Assembly (NCBI GenBank): GCA_963754775.1
Contig: CAVWHM010000023.1
Span: 94,481 to 158,480 of the forward strand
DNA length: 64,000 bases
Direction of reading: 5' to 3'
Source of the DNA: an uncultured Verrucomicrobiae bacterium
Lineage (GTDB): Bacteria; Verrucomicrobiota; Verrucomicrobiia; Limisphaerales; UBA11358
This document shows positions 1 to 10,186 of this stretch, one piece after another (position 1 is the stretch's first letter; each line of letters opens with the position of its first letter). The translations under genes and the position numbers were made by a program. The notes beneath the pieces were generated by a model. It ran no database searches. It was not told the DNA's origin and saw nothing but the letters and a program-made list of their open reading frames with translations.

Positions 1-1
1 A

Positions 2-938
2 AAGATCGTAGCGCAAGTCCAGAAAGTTGGCTGCGTCATTTGCGGCCAGACCGAACGCATGGTTCCGGCGGACAAAAAAATCTACGCGCTCCGCGACGCT
101 TCCGGCACCGTGCCCAGCATCCCACTCATCACCGCGTCCATCCTTTCAAAAAAGCTCGCCGAAAGTCTCGACGCGCTGGTGCTCGACGTGAAATTCGGCT
201 GCGCCGCGTTCATGCCAACCAGGGCCGATGCCCGCAAACTTGCCAAGGCTATGGTCGCGCTCGGCAACGAGTGCGGCGTGAACACCCGCGCGATTTTGAC
301 GGACATGAACACGCCGCTGGGCCGCGCCGCCGGCAATTGGTTGGAAGTGAAGGAAAGTGTGGCGGTGCTTGAGGCCGGTAGGGCTGACCTGCCGGTCAGC
401 CAGGCCGCGCAGCAGCGCGGCCCTACCGATTTGCTTGAACTCGTCATCGACTGCGCCGCGCATCTGCTCGTTCAAACCCGCAAATCGAAATCACTCGCCG
501 CCGCGCGCCAACAGGCCGGGGATTGTCTGAACTCCGGCTCCCCGCGCAAAAAATGGGACGAAATGCTCGTTGCTCAGGGCGCGGATCTGAAGGCGTTCAA
601 CAAAAAACTCGCGCCCGATTCCATCGCCCCGGACGTGGTTGAGTTGAGGGCGGGGAAATCCGGTTACATTTCCAAGATGCGACGCGCGGCTCATTGGCGA
701 AGTCATCCGCGACCTCGGCGGCGGCCGGCTCACGAAAGATGCCGGCATCAACTATGGCGTGGGCATTGACCAAATCGTCAAGCCCGGCGAGCGGGTGGAA
801 AAATCCGCGACGCTTTGCCGCGTTCACGCCGCTGATTCAAATCAGGCCAAAGCAGCCATCGCCTGCCTGAAGGCCGCCTTTGAAATTTCTGCGAGACCGC
901 AGGGCAAAACTTCGCTGGTCGCGGAAGTCATTCAGTAG
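2..938 (+). CDS. deoA: thymidine (pyrimidine-nucleoside) phosphorylase; 5' end outside window; one apparent frameshift near 680
   Basis: Translation from base 2 (KIVAQVQKVGCVICGQTERMVPADKKIYALRDASGTVPSIPLITASILSKK...) is thymidine-phosphorylase-like. After ...GYISKM (677-679) the family-typical tail DARLIGEVIRDLGGGRLTKDAGINYGVGID...VAEVIQ continues in the next frame to TAG at 936-938. Confidence 0.8.
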
Positions 939-940
939 AA

Positions 941-1004
941 CAGGCGTCCCGCCTGTCTCCTGATTTCACAAAACCAGAAAATATGGAGACAGGCAGGATG
1001 CCTG
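941..1004. repeat. GC-rich imperfect inverted repeat between convergent deoA and pyrF (GGCGTCCCGCC palindrome family); possible bidirectional terminator
   Basis: caggcgtcccgcctgtctcc (941-960) pairs with ggagacaggcaggatgcctg (985-1004), 18/20 complementary. The core aggcgtcccgcctg recurs at 30031-30044 inside uvrC. Confidence 0.6.
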
Positions 1005-1760
1005 TCCTACACTCAAAGACTCTAAAATTTTCTCCGCCGCCGCGCGCGGATTTTCCGCCGCATAAATCGGACGGCCAATCACCAGCCAGTTTGCGCCTGC
1101 GGCGACGGCTTCACGCGGCGACAGCGTGCGTTTCTGGTCGTCGGCCTTTTCCGCGCCGGTGCGGACGCCGGGTGTGACCAGTTGCATGGCGGGCGGGATC
1201 GCCTGCCGGAGTTTGGCAACTTCCAGCGGCGAACAGACCAGCCCACGCAATCCCGCTTTGGTGGCCACCGCGGCCAGGCGGCGCACCTGATAATCCACGT
1301 TCGCATCGAGGCCGATTTCCTTCAGCGCCCCGGCGTCGAGGCTCGTCAGCACCGTCACGCCCAAAACGAGTGGCGGACTGTGGCCAAGCCGCCACGCGGT
1401 TTCCTGCGCGGCCTGTTCGGCGGCCTTGAGCATTTCCAGGCCGCCGCTGGTGTGCACGGTGAGCATCTGCACGTCCAGCTGCACCGCCGCGGTGACGGAC
1501 TTGGCGACCGTGTTGGGGATGTCGTGAAATTTCAAATCCAGGAACACCATCGCGCCCCGCTCGCGAATCCGGCGCACGATGTCCGGTCCGGCGACGGTGA
1601 AAAGCTCGCCGCCGACCTTGAAACCGCCCGAAACCGGGGCCAGTAGTTCCACGAGTTTCAGCGCGGCCCCGGCCGTCGGCACATCCAGCGCAACAATGAT
1701 GGGATTGCGTTTATCAACCACAGACGCACACAAGTAAGCACAGTTTCCAGAAAAGTGCAT
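966..1760 (-). CDS. pyrF: orotidine 5'-phosphate decarboxylase
   Basis: 264-aa ORF with IIVALDVP...FKVGGELF...VFLDLKFHDIPNTV...PGVR motifs. The true start may be the internal GTG at 1721 or the TTG at 1733. Confidence 0.9.
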   Translation of the reverse strand: MHFSGNCAYLCASVVDKRNPIIVALDVPTAGAALKLVELLAPVSGGFKVGGELFTVAGPDIVRRIRERGAMVFLDLKFHDIPNTVAKSVTAAVQLDVQMLTVHTSGGLEMLKAAEQAAQETAWRLGHSPPLVLGVTVLTSLDAGALKEIGLDANVDYQVRRLAAVATKAGLRGLVCSPLEVAKLRQAIPPAMQLVTPGVRTGAEKADDQKRTLSPREAVAAGANWLVIGRPIYAAENPRAAAEKILESLSVGQASCLSPYFLVL

Positions 1761-1804
1761 CCGCGAATTTTGACTTTGCCATGAAAATTTTCTAGCCTGC
1801 CCGC

Positions 1805-3107
1805 ATGAAAGTCATCCGCCACACCGACGCGAATTTTGCCCGAAAGCTCAGCGAAGTGACCGCCGCCTCCAGCCTGTTTGATCCGGAAGTCGAGCAACGC
1901 ACCCGCGCCATCCTCGACGCCGTGCAGGTGCATGGCGATACCGCGCTGCTGGAGTTCACGGAGCGCTTCGACGGCGCGAAGCTCGCTGCCGACCGGCTGG
2001 CCGTCACGCAGGCGGAATTGTTCAATGCCTCGCTCGCCGCCGATGAATCGCTGCGCCAGGCCGTGGCCGAGGCGGAGAAAAACATCGCCGCTTTCGCCAG
2101 GAAATCATTGCGCAAAAATTGGCAGACGAAAAATTCGCACGGCGCAACCGTTGGTGAAAAATTTGATCCGTTCCAGCGCGTGGGGGTTTACATTCCCGGC
2201 GGCAAGGCGCCGCTGGCTTCCACCGCGCTGATGACCATCACGCTCGCGAAGGTGGCGGGTTGTCCGGAAATTGTCGCCTGCACGCCGTGCGGCCGGGATG
2301 GCGGAATCAATTCGGCGCTGCTGTTCGCCACGCGCGCGGCGGGCGCGACGGAGATTTACCGCGTCGGCGGGGCGCAGGCGATTGCGGCGATGGCTTACGG
2401 CACGAAGACGATTCGTCGTGTGCAAAAGATTTTCGGTCCCGGCAACGAGTACGTCGTCGCGGCCAAACGCTTGCTCGTAGGGCATGTCGCCATTGATTTG
2501 CTGCCCGGGCCGAGCGAAATACTGGTGCTGGCGGACGACACGGCCAACCCGAAATTTGTTGCCGCCGACATGCTGGCGCAGGCCGAACACGGCTCCGGCC
2601 ACGAACGCGTCTGGCTGGTGACAACCTCGGACAAAATATTAAAAGCCGTCGAAAGGGAAATCGCGGAGTCAATTGCCGAAACTCGCGCGGCGCGAATTTA
2701 TTCAACGCGCTTTGCAGAACAACGGCTGGCTGATTCAGGTGAAATCGCTCGAAGACGGCGTGGCGCTGGCAAACCGGCTGGCTCCGGAGCATTGCGAAGT
2801 GATGACGCGCAATCCGCGCAAGGTTTCCGAGGGCATTTTGACGGCAGGCGCGATTTTCCTCGGGCCGTGGTCGCCGACGGTGTTGGGCGATTACGTGGCC
2901 GGGCCGAGCCACACGCTGCCGACCGGCGGCGCGGGCGCGTCGTTTGCCGGCCTGACCGTGGACCAATTCCAACGCCGCACCAGCGTGGTGGAATACAACC
3001 GCGCCTCACTCAAGAAAGCATTGCCTGCCGTGAAAAAGTTTGCGGAACTGGAAGGCTTGGGCGCACATGGAAAAGCTGCGGAAGCGCGGTTGAAATCGTT
3101 CGCGTAA
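1805..3107 (+). CDS. hisD: histidinol dehydrogenase; one apparent frameshift near 2668
   Basis: The N-terminal 290 aa come from ORF 1805.. (...LLPGPSEILVLADD...AQAEHGSGHE...). The C-terminal part comes from ORF 2673..3107 (QLPKLARREFIQRAL...GPEHCEV...GDYVAGPSHTLPTGG...). The frames join around gcggag-t-caattg, where one extra base is implied. Confidence 0.85.
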
Positions 3108-3558
3108 ATGAAAGTTGCTGCTTACCATGCTAGATGCAAAGAGTGCCGGAAAGATTTTCCCTACCCTTGGCTGGGAGATTTTTCTTATGGCTCGTTTTTG
3201 TTTGCTGGCGAAAAAGGTGGAATTTTCGGGTACGTAAATGCTCTAAATCATCCGGTTTGGGATTTTCTGGAGTCTATATTGGTCAAACCGGGTTCGGGCA
3301 AACAAGCCGACTCGGATCATGCAGATCGGCTTCAAGCAGCGTTTGCACATTTCGCTGACCGAATCAATAGACCAAGAACTCTGTAACCATGATGTATGCC
3401 CTGTGTGCCGGTCGTCGCAAGTTGATTTATGGCCGACAGAATACACTGGCACCATTGAAGTCGATGAAGTCACCTATGCGAATTTTTTGTCCTTACCTGA
3501 ACCTGTTCGCAAGCAAGGCGTTTTGGAATTTGATCGCGTTGGAAGACTCGTTGTATGA
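3108..3558 (+). CDS. hypothetical small protein with two CxxC pairs (Zn-ribbon-like), low GC, wedged between hisD and hisC; one apparent frameshift near 3355-3362
   Basis: Its ATG at 3108 abuts the hisD TAA (3105-3107). Its end overlaps the hisC ATG (gtaTGAgt at 3555-3558). It has CKEC near the N-terminus and CPVC at about aa 95. ORFs 3108..3386 and 3319..3558 join as ...[21 protein letters not shown]. No family recognised. Confidence 0.5.
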
Positions 3559-4699
3559 GTTCAAGAGATTCTCAATTGGTTCGCCCGCTGGTGCGCGAGT
3601 TGCACCCTTACGTCTATGGCGAGCAGCCGAAGATCAAGGGGTTGATCAAGCTCAACACGAACGAGAATCCGTATCCGCCGTCGCCGAAGGTGCTGGCGGC
3701 GGTCAAGGCGGCGGCGGACGGGCGGCTGCGGCTGTATCCGAACCCGACGGCGCAGGCGTTGCGCGAAAAACTGGCGAAGCTGCATCGTTGTCACGCGGAC
3801 AACCTCATCGTCGGCAACGGCTCGGATGAATTGCTGGCGCTGGCGACGCGGGCGTTTGTGGAGCCGGTAGGGACGCGGTGCCCCGCGTCCGCGACCAAAA
3901 GGCTGCGCGGCAGCGCAGCCCTACCAAGCGGAACGGTCGTCCAATATTTCCCCCAAGCTATTCGCTCTATCCGGTGCTGGCGGACATTCATGGCGCGCGA
4001 AAAAATCCGGTGCCGCTCAAACCGGATTTCAGCCTGCCAAGCCTGGCCGAATTGAAACGGGGCGGAGTTTGGAGATTTGACGCCGCGCTGACTTATGTGA
4101 CAACGCCGAACGCGCCGAGCGGGCGCGGTTACAAAACGTCGGAACTGGAAAAACTATGTGCCGCGCAGAAGGGCGTAGTCATTCTCGACGAGGCTTACGT
4201 GGATTTCGCGGAGGAAAACGCGATGCGGCTGGCGTTGAAATATCCGCATGTGCTGGTGGCGCGGACGTTTTCCAAGGCGTATTCGCTGTGCTTCCAGCGC
4301 GTCGGCTATTTCGTCGGGCACCCCGAACTCATCGCGGCGTTGCACAAAATCCGCGACAGCTACAACGTGAACGGCCTCGGCCAGATCGCGGCGGAAGCGG
4401 CGCTGGGCGATTTGAAGTATTATCGCGCGAATTTCAAAAAAATCATCGCCGCGCGCGAGTGGCTGGCCCGCGAATTGACGAAGCTCGGTTTCCGGGTGTT
4501 TCCGAGCCGGACGAATTTCATTCTCGCGCAACCGCCGCGCTTCGCCGCGCACGAATGGCAGCACCAATTGCGCGAACGGAAAATCCTCGTCCGCTGGTTC
4601 AGTTTTCCGGAAGTGAAAAATTATTTGCGGATCACGATTGGCACGCCGGCGGAAGTGGAAGCGCTGGCAAGGGCCACGAGGAAAATTCTGTTCGGATGA
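3555..4699 (+). CDS. hisC: histidinol-phosphate aminotransferase carrying a 60-bp in-frame palindromic insert; one frameshift in a C5 run at 3950-3954
   Basis: [12 protein letters not shown]...GNGSDELL then ...[16 protein letters not shown]...[10 protein letters not shown]...[17 protein letters not shown] (PLP lysine motif). ORFs 3555..4055 and 3878..4699 join if the run ttccccca has one more C. Confidence 0.85.
3866..3925. repeat. intragenic nested-palindrome element (REP/MITE-like), exactly 20 codons, inside hisC
   Basis: Structure: GGTAGGG, then hairpin GGACGCGG-tgcc-CCGCGTCC, then gcgaccaaaag, then hairpin GCTGCGC-ggca-GCGCAGC, then CCCTACC. The outer 7-mers are reverse complements. It encodes [20 protein letters not shown], which interrupts the conserved RAFVEP / PPSYSLYP aminotransferase region. 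Confidence 0.75.
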
Positions 4700-4823
4700 A
4701 CCGCAGCCAATGGAAATTTCCGGCTCCAAAGCCCGTTCCCGGCGCGACGCCGAAAACGACAGACGGGACGCCCGCGCCACCCTTTTTGTTTCCCGCCGGT
4801 GCAATTTCTGCTAAGAAGCCGGC

Positions 4824-5639
4824 GTGTATCTGGAATACTACGGATTGAAACAGGCGCCGTTCGACATCACGCCGAACCCGCGTTTTCTGTTTCACAGCCG
4901 GCGGCACCGCGAGGCGTACAATCATCTGCTTTACGGCATCTGCGAGCGCAAGGGTTTCGTGCAGCTCACCGGCGAGGTCGGCGCGGGCAAGACGACGCTT
5001 TGCCGCGCGTTGCTCGAACAGCTCAACGGCCTGTTTTCCACCGCGCTCATCCTCAATCCGGTGCTGGACGCCGACGGACTGATGAAGGCCATTGCGACCG
5101 AATTCGGCCTCGATGTCCAGGGACGCGACCGGTTGGAAACCATCACCCTCATCGGCGAATTTCTGCTCAAGCAGGTCCAGCAAGGCAAGGAAACCGTGCT
5201 CATCATTGACGAGGCGCAGAATCTGACCGAGGAATTGCTCGAACAAATCCGCCTGCTCTCGAACATCGAAACCGATGATCGCAAGCTGATGCAAATCGTC
5301 CTGCTGGGACAGCCCGAATTGCGCGACCGCCTCAACAGCCACCGCCTGCGCCAGCTCCGCCAACGCATCACCGTGCGTTATCATCTCGCGCCGCTCACGC
5401 GGGTTGAGGTCGGCCAATACATCCAGCACCGGCTCGAACTCGCCGGCGCGCAGGGCGTGCCGTATTTCACGCAACCGGCCCTCTGGCGCGTTTTCGGTTA
5501 CAGCCACGGCATCCCCCGGCTCATCAACGCCGTCTGCGACAAGGCGTTGCTCGCCGGTTTTGTCGAACAAAGTGACCACATCACCTACCAAATGGTGGGC
5601 CGCGCCATTCGCGAACTCGAAGGAAACATCCACCTATGA
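4824..5639 (+). CDS. ExeA/GspA-like AAA ATPase (PEP-CTERM-locus type putative secretion ATPase)
   Basis: 271-aa intact ORF with P-loop GEVGAGKTT, DEAQ box (IIDEAQNL) and LLGQPELR. This matches the ExeA/GspA and TIGR03015-like description from memory. Confidence 0.75.
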   Translation: MYLEYYGLKQAPFDITPNPRFLFHSRRHREAYNHLLYGICERKGFVQLTGEVGAGKTTLCRALLEQLNGLFSTALILNPVLDADGLMKAIATEFGLDVQGRDRLETITLIGEFLLKQVQQGKETVLIIDEAQNLTEELLEQIRLLSNIETDDRKLMQIVLLGQPELRDRLNSHRLRQLRQRITVRYHLAPLTRVEVGQYIQHRLELAGAQGVPYFTQPALWRVFGYSHGIPRLINAVCDKALLAGFVEQSDHITYQMVGRAIRELEGNIHL

Positions 5640-6152
5640 GCCGCATCAACGACGCGCTCAAACGCGCCCAGCGGGCGCAGCAAAACAAATCAGCCGCCGC
5701 CCGGCACAAAAATGCCGGGGTTGCTGCCGGTCGAATCCAGGCCCGGCAACGTCATCGGCTGGATATTGCCGGGGGTGATTGGTTTTTTGATTGTGGCTGC
5801 GTGCCTTTTTATCGGAATGGCCCTGGTCACACGACACCGTGACAAAAGCGCGCCGTGAACCCAGGCTTTCGGCGACGCAACAGGTGATACCCGACAGCCC
5901 ATTCCCGCGCCCAACGTCCGCTCCACTTCCAGCACCCACCGCGCCACACACCCCCGCCGCCGCCGCCGCCGCCCGAACCGAAGTTGCAGGGCATTGTCTA
6001 TGCCGCGACGCGAGCCGTGGGCGATCGTGGACGGCAAGACCGTCCATGTCGGCGACTGGCTCGGCGAATTCCGCGTGAAGGAAATCTCGCAACACAACGT
6101 CACGCTGGAAAAGGCCGACGGCTCGCAGAAGAAATTGGGCTTGGACAAATAA
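5636..6152 (+). pseudogene. small membrane-anchored, Pro-rich protein downstream of the ExeA-like ATPase (possible GspB/ExeB-like partner); reading frame broken about 4 times
   Basis: The start shares ATGA with the upstream stop. Pieces in different frames: MSRINDALKRAQRAQQNKS; a TM helix IGWILPGVIGFLIVAACLFIGMALV; a Pro-rich linker; KLQGIVYAA; and the tail AIVDGKTVHVGDWLGEFRVKEISQHNVTLEKADGSQKKLGLDK ending at TAA 6150-6152. Confidence 0.35.
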
Positions 6153-6173
6153 AAATCCGCGTCATCATTTCGC

Positions 6174-6885
6174 GTGCGCTTCCTGAAGAAATTTCTTTCC
6201 ACGTCGCCAGCCACCGCCCGGGTCGCGCCGTTTGTGGTTTTTCTCGCGCTGACGTTTTGCCAGGGGCAATTCGGCGCGGCGTCGGCTTATTGGTTTTACT
6301 TCGCCAAAACGCTGGTTGGCGTGTGGCTGATATGGGAAATGCGCCCGTTCGTGGCGGAAATGCGCTGGGCCTTCAGTTGGGAAGCGGTCGTCGTCGGCAT
6401 GGGCATGTTTGCGATTTGGGTTGGCATTAGACCGCGAATGGACGACGCAAACCTCGCTATTGATGCAAAATCGGCGTTGCGCAAATTTGCCGGCAGCCGG
6501 CCAAGTTCCATGGAACCCGAACGCACAATTTGGCGAAAACTCGGCGCTCGCTTGGCTGATGATCGTCACGCGGATTCTTGGTTCGACATATGTCGTGCCG
6601 CCGCTGGAGGAGGTTTTTTACCGCTCGTTTCTCTATCGCTATATCGCCAAACCGGATTTCCTGTCCGTGCCGCTCAATCAATTTTTGCCGCTGCCATTTT
6701 TTGCGACTGCGGCCGTTCTTCGGCTTTTCCCACAACAATGGCTGGCGGGCATTTTGTGCGGCGCGGCATATCAATGGCTGGTGTTGCGCAAAAACCGGCT
6801 GGGTGACGCGATGACGGCGCACGCCATCACGAATTTCCTGCTGGGCGTGTGGATTGTCTGGAAACACGCGTGGCAGTTTTGGTGA
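6174..6885 (+). CDS. CPBP/CAAX-family intramembrane protease-related protein (PEP-CTERM-associated type); about 3 apparent frameshifts
   Basis: Contains PPLEEVFYRSFLYRYI (EExxxR motif), FFGFSH (in a third frame at about 6715-6735) followed by QQWLAGILCGAAYQWL, and AHAITNFLLGVW. ORFs 6174.., 6409.. and 6578.. are fragments of one protein. Confidence 0.7.
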
Positions 6886-6964
6886 TATTCTATTAATCGT
6901 CACCGTAATCTTGATCTCCGGTATCCGGCGATTGCGATCAAGATCGGGATTCCGACTGCGAATT

Positions 6965-8643
6965 TTATTTCGCCTCGATGTTGATGTTGTTGCGTTCGAG
7001 CGTGCTGCCTTCCTGCGCGGCCAAGATTGGCGAGCGCCTCGTTGTAATTGGCCAGCGCGCGGATTTCCGCTGAGCGAGCGGAGGTGAGGGTGTTTTGATA
7101 TTGCAGCACGTAAAGGTGGTGGCTTTGCCGACGGCATAGGTTTTCTGTTCGGCGTCCAGCGCGGCCTCGGCGTAAATGCGCGCCTGTCGCGTGGCGTCCA
7201 CTTTTTGATAATTGGATCGCGCCCACCATGGCGTTGTCAATCTCCACCATCACATTTTGTTCGAACTGTTTGAGCTGCAGCAAGATTTGCTGCAGCGTCG
7301 CCTTGTCGGATTTATATTGATTGCGCGGACCGACGTTGTTGAGCGGGATCGTCATTTGCGCGCCATAACTGTAAAACGGAGCGTTGCCCTCATGGAATTG
7401 CTCGAATGTGCCGCTGAATTCCTTTGACGCGCCATTAAAACCATAGGTGCCGATCAGATCCAGTTCCGGGAAAAAGTTGATTCCGGTAAAATTTCAACTG
7501 AATGCCCTGTTGCTCCACATTCAACTGCGCCTGCAAGAGGTCCGGCCGCTCGGTCATGCCCTTCCGCCAACTGTCCTGCAAATTAAAGGTTTGCACGGGC
7601 GCGGTGAGTGCCGCCTTCGGCTGGATGTCCATATCGTGCCATTGGTAATAGTTCGTATCCGCGAGCAGGCTATTTAAAGCGTTCTGATCGCTGACCAGCG
7701 TAAATTGCGCGGCAATCAGATTGGCCCGGCTCTGTGCCACCTGCGATTCATCCTGCTGGACGCTCAAGATGGCAAGCGTGCCGATTTGCACGCGCTGGTT
7801 GTCCTGATCAAGTTGCGTCTGGGCGAGCTCCAGCGCCTCCTGCTGCACCTTCACGTTTTCCAGCGCGTAAATGAGTTCGTAGTAGGCATTCTCAACGGCG
7901 GTAACGGAGGTGATGATTTGCTGCCGCAGGCCTTGTTCGGAGTATTTCAAGCGGTTCTTGGCGACACGAATGGTCAGCCGCGTGTTATCGATCCAGAAAT
8001 TTTTCAACAGCGGCTGTGTCAGAGTGACTCCGATAGTGCCAGCCGGTGCTGTCAGAGTGAACCGTGCCGGATGAGATATCGCTCCGCAATGTTGCCGCTA
8101 AAATCGTATTGCAATCCCCACGGCAGTGAACCGCCGATGCCCGAGTTAAAACCGTTTGCCTCGGTCATCCTGGCCGGGATCGGTTGGTCGAATACTGATT
8201 GAAGGTGCCGCCGGCTGACATGTCGTAACTGTGCTTGCCGGAAATGTTGAATGCCGGATCGTAACCGCTGTAGGCCGCGCGAAGTTGTAAAGTGAAATTT
8301 GCGGATTGTAGCGTTGAATTTGCACGTCGAGATTGTGCTGCAACGCCTCCTGAATGCAGTCCTGCAATGACATCGCGCGGCCATTGGCGTTGATCGTGCC
8401 GGCGGTCGGCATTGGTCCCGGGGACGGGGCTGGTGCGCTGGTCTCGGCCGGCGCGGTGGCCGCATTCGTGTCCGTTTGCGTGGCAACCGGGTTTGAATTT
8501 GTTTGGACGGCGACCGTATTGGCCTCCGGTTGGAGTGCCGGCGCGTTGGTCTCGGCTGGCACGGTGGCCGCATTCGTGTCCGTCTGCGCCCGCGCGGCCA
8601 GGGCCAGGGAAAAAACAAGCAAAAAAACACTGAAACGTTTCAT
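6965..8643 (-). pseudogene. TolC-family outer-membrane efflux protein; signal peptide present; at least 6 frame breaks
   Basis: MKRFSVFLLVFSLALAARAQ, then a Thr/Ala/Pro repeat, then AMSLQDCIQEALQHNLDVQIQRYNPQI. ORF 7435..8007 (RLKYSEQGLRQQIITSVTAVENAYYELIYALENVKVQQEALELAQTQL...) and ORFs 6900/6965.. are TolC-like coiled/beta repeats scattered over all three frames. Confidence 0.7.
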
Positions 8644-8719
8644 GGTGCTGTGCATGCTGTGCATGTTGCGGCTTCCGCCGCGATTCGTCAAACCTAAGAC
8701 GCGCCGGCGCGCCCGGAGG

Positions 8720-10081
8720 TAACCATATGGTTAATTCCGGGTCAGCTGGATTCCCGCCCGGAGCCGGCGACGTGGATGGCGGAACATCCTCGATGACCGC
8801 GTTCTTCTCCAGCAGATCAAGCGCCTTTTCGTGCAGGATTTGCTCGTAAAGTTCGGGCACGCCGTCGCGTTTCTGCAGATCCTTTAGGAATTTTTCGAGC
8901 GGAATCTGATACAACGCCGCCAGCGACTGCGCGCGTTTCAAAATTTCCTCCTGCGACACCTTGATTTCTTCCTTCTCCGCAATGCGCTGGATCAAAAACG
9001 ACAGCTTCACGCGCTCCTTCGCATTGTAGGTGGCCGCTGAATAGATTTGCTCCTTTTGCTGCTCAATCATCTCGCGGGTGATGCCGCGCTTGGTGTTTTG
9101 ACGCACGATGTCATAGACCGCGTTGCGCGTCTCCTGCGCGACCGCCGATTCGGGCAGATCAAAATTCACGCGGTCGAGCAGCCCGCGGATGACCTGCGTG
9201 CGGATGGCTTTGGCCTGCGAATAATTCAATTCGTTCTCCAGGTCCCGCCGCACGCCGTCGCGGAGTTTCTCCAGGTTTTCCGCGCCGTAAAGCCTGGCGA
9301 ACGCGTCGTCCACCGGCGGCAGGATTTTTTCCTTTATCTCAACGACTTCAATCTCAAAAACGCCCTTTTTGCCCGGCGAGTTCCTTCGTCACGAAATCGG
9401 CTGGGAAATCCACGCTGACCGCGCGCCGGTCGCCCGCCCTGGCGCCGGTCAGTTGCTCGGCAAAACCGGGCAGGAACGCCTCCGGCCCGATGTCCACCCA
9501 GAAATTTTTCTGCTCCGTCAGCCCCTTCGCCGTCGGCGCGGTGTCGGTGATGGGCTTGCCGTCGCACGTGCCGGTGTAATTCACCACCGCGATGTCGCCC
9601 GGGCTGCGCCTCGCGCGCGACCGTCTCGAACTTCGTGTGCTGCCGCCGGAGCAGTTCCACCGCGCGCTCCACGTCGGCCGTCCGTGACGGACTTGGCCTC
9701 GCGTTTGACCCGCAGCCCTTTGTAATCGGGCATTTGAAATTCCGGCGCGGTCTCGATGGTGGCGGCGAATTGCAGCGCCTGACCGCGGCCAAACTGGATT
9801 TCCTCGATATCCGGGTAGCCAACCACGGCGATTTTCTTTTCGTCCACCGCCTTGCGATACGCATCGCTGATGAGTTTGCGCTTGGCCTCGGCCTTGATGT
9901 CGGCCTCGTATTTTTTGGCGACCAACTCGCGCGGCGCCTTGCCTGGGCGGAACCCGGGCAGCGAGGCCTGTTTCTGGAAATCCTTCGTGACGGCGGCGAA
10001 GGCCTCGTCCACGGCCTTGGCGTCCACTTCCACCCGCAGCAATTTTTTGCACGGGGCCAGATTTTCAACGGTGACGTTCAC
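8720..10081 (-). CDS. tig: trigger factor; at least 3 apparent frameshifts; authentic stop not identifiable (3' limit approximate)
   Basis: N-domain: MNVTVENLAPCKKLLRVEVD...LPGFRPGKAPRELV. PPIase part: GDIAVVNYTGTCDGKPI...FLPGFAEQLTGARAGD. C-domain: VFEIEVVEIKEKILPPVDDAFARLYGAENLEKLRDGVRRDLE... These sit in three frames. The last frame runs without a stop into the TolC-like gene (ORF 8165..9313). Confidence 0.8.
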
Positions 10082-10186
10082 AATAATTCTCGCTGGTCAG
10101 CGAGCCGCGCAGCTTACGTGAATCGAGCCAATTCCGTCAACGGTTTTGATGGCTTGCCGGCGGGGTTTCCGCTTTGATGTTGCCGA

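Noticed and set aside
8165-9313. 382-aa ORF apparently fusing the trigger factor C-terminal domain to TolC-like sequence
   Set aside because: The fusion arises because the tig frame happens to stay open through the intergenic region into a frame used by part of the broken TolC-like gene. The TolC signal peptide (start at 8643) and promoter-side sequence lie in between, so these are two genes.
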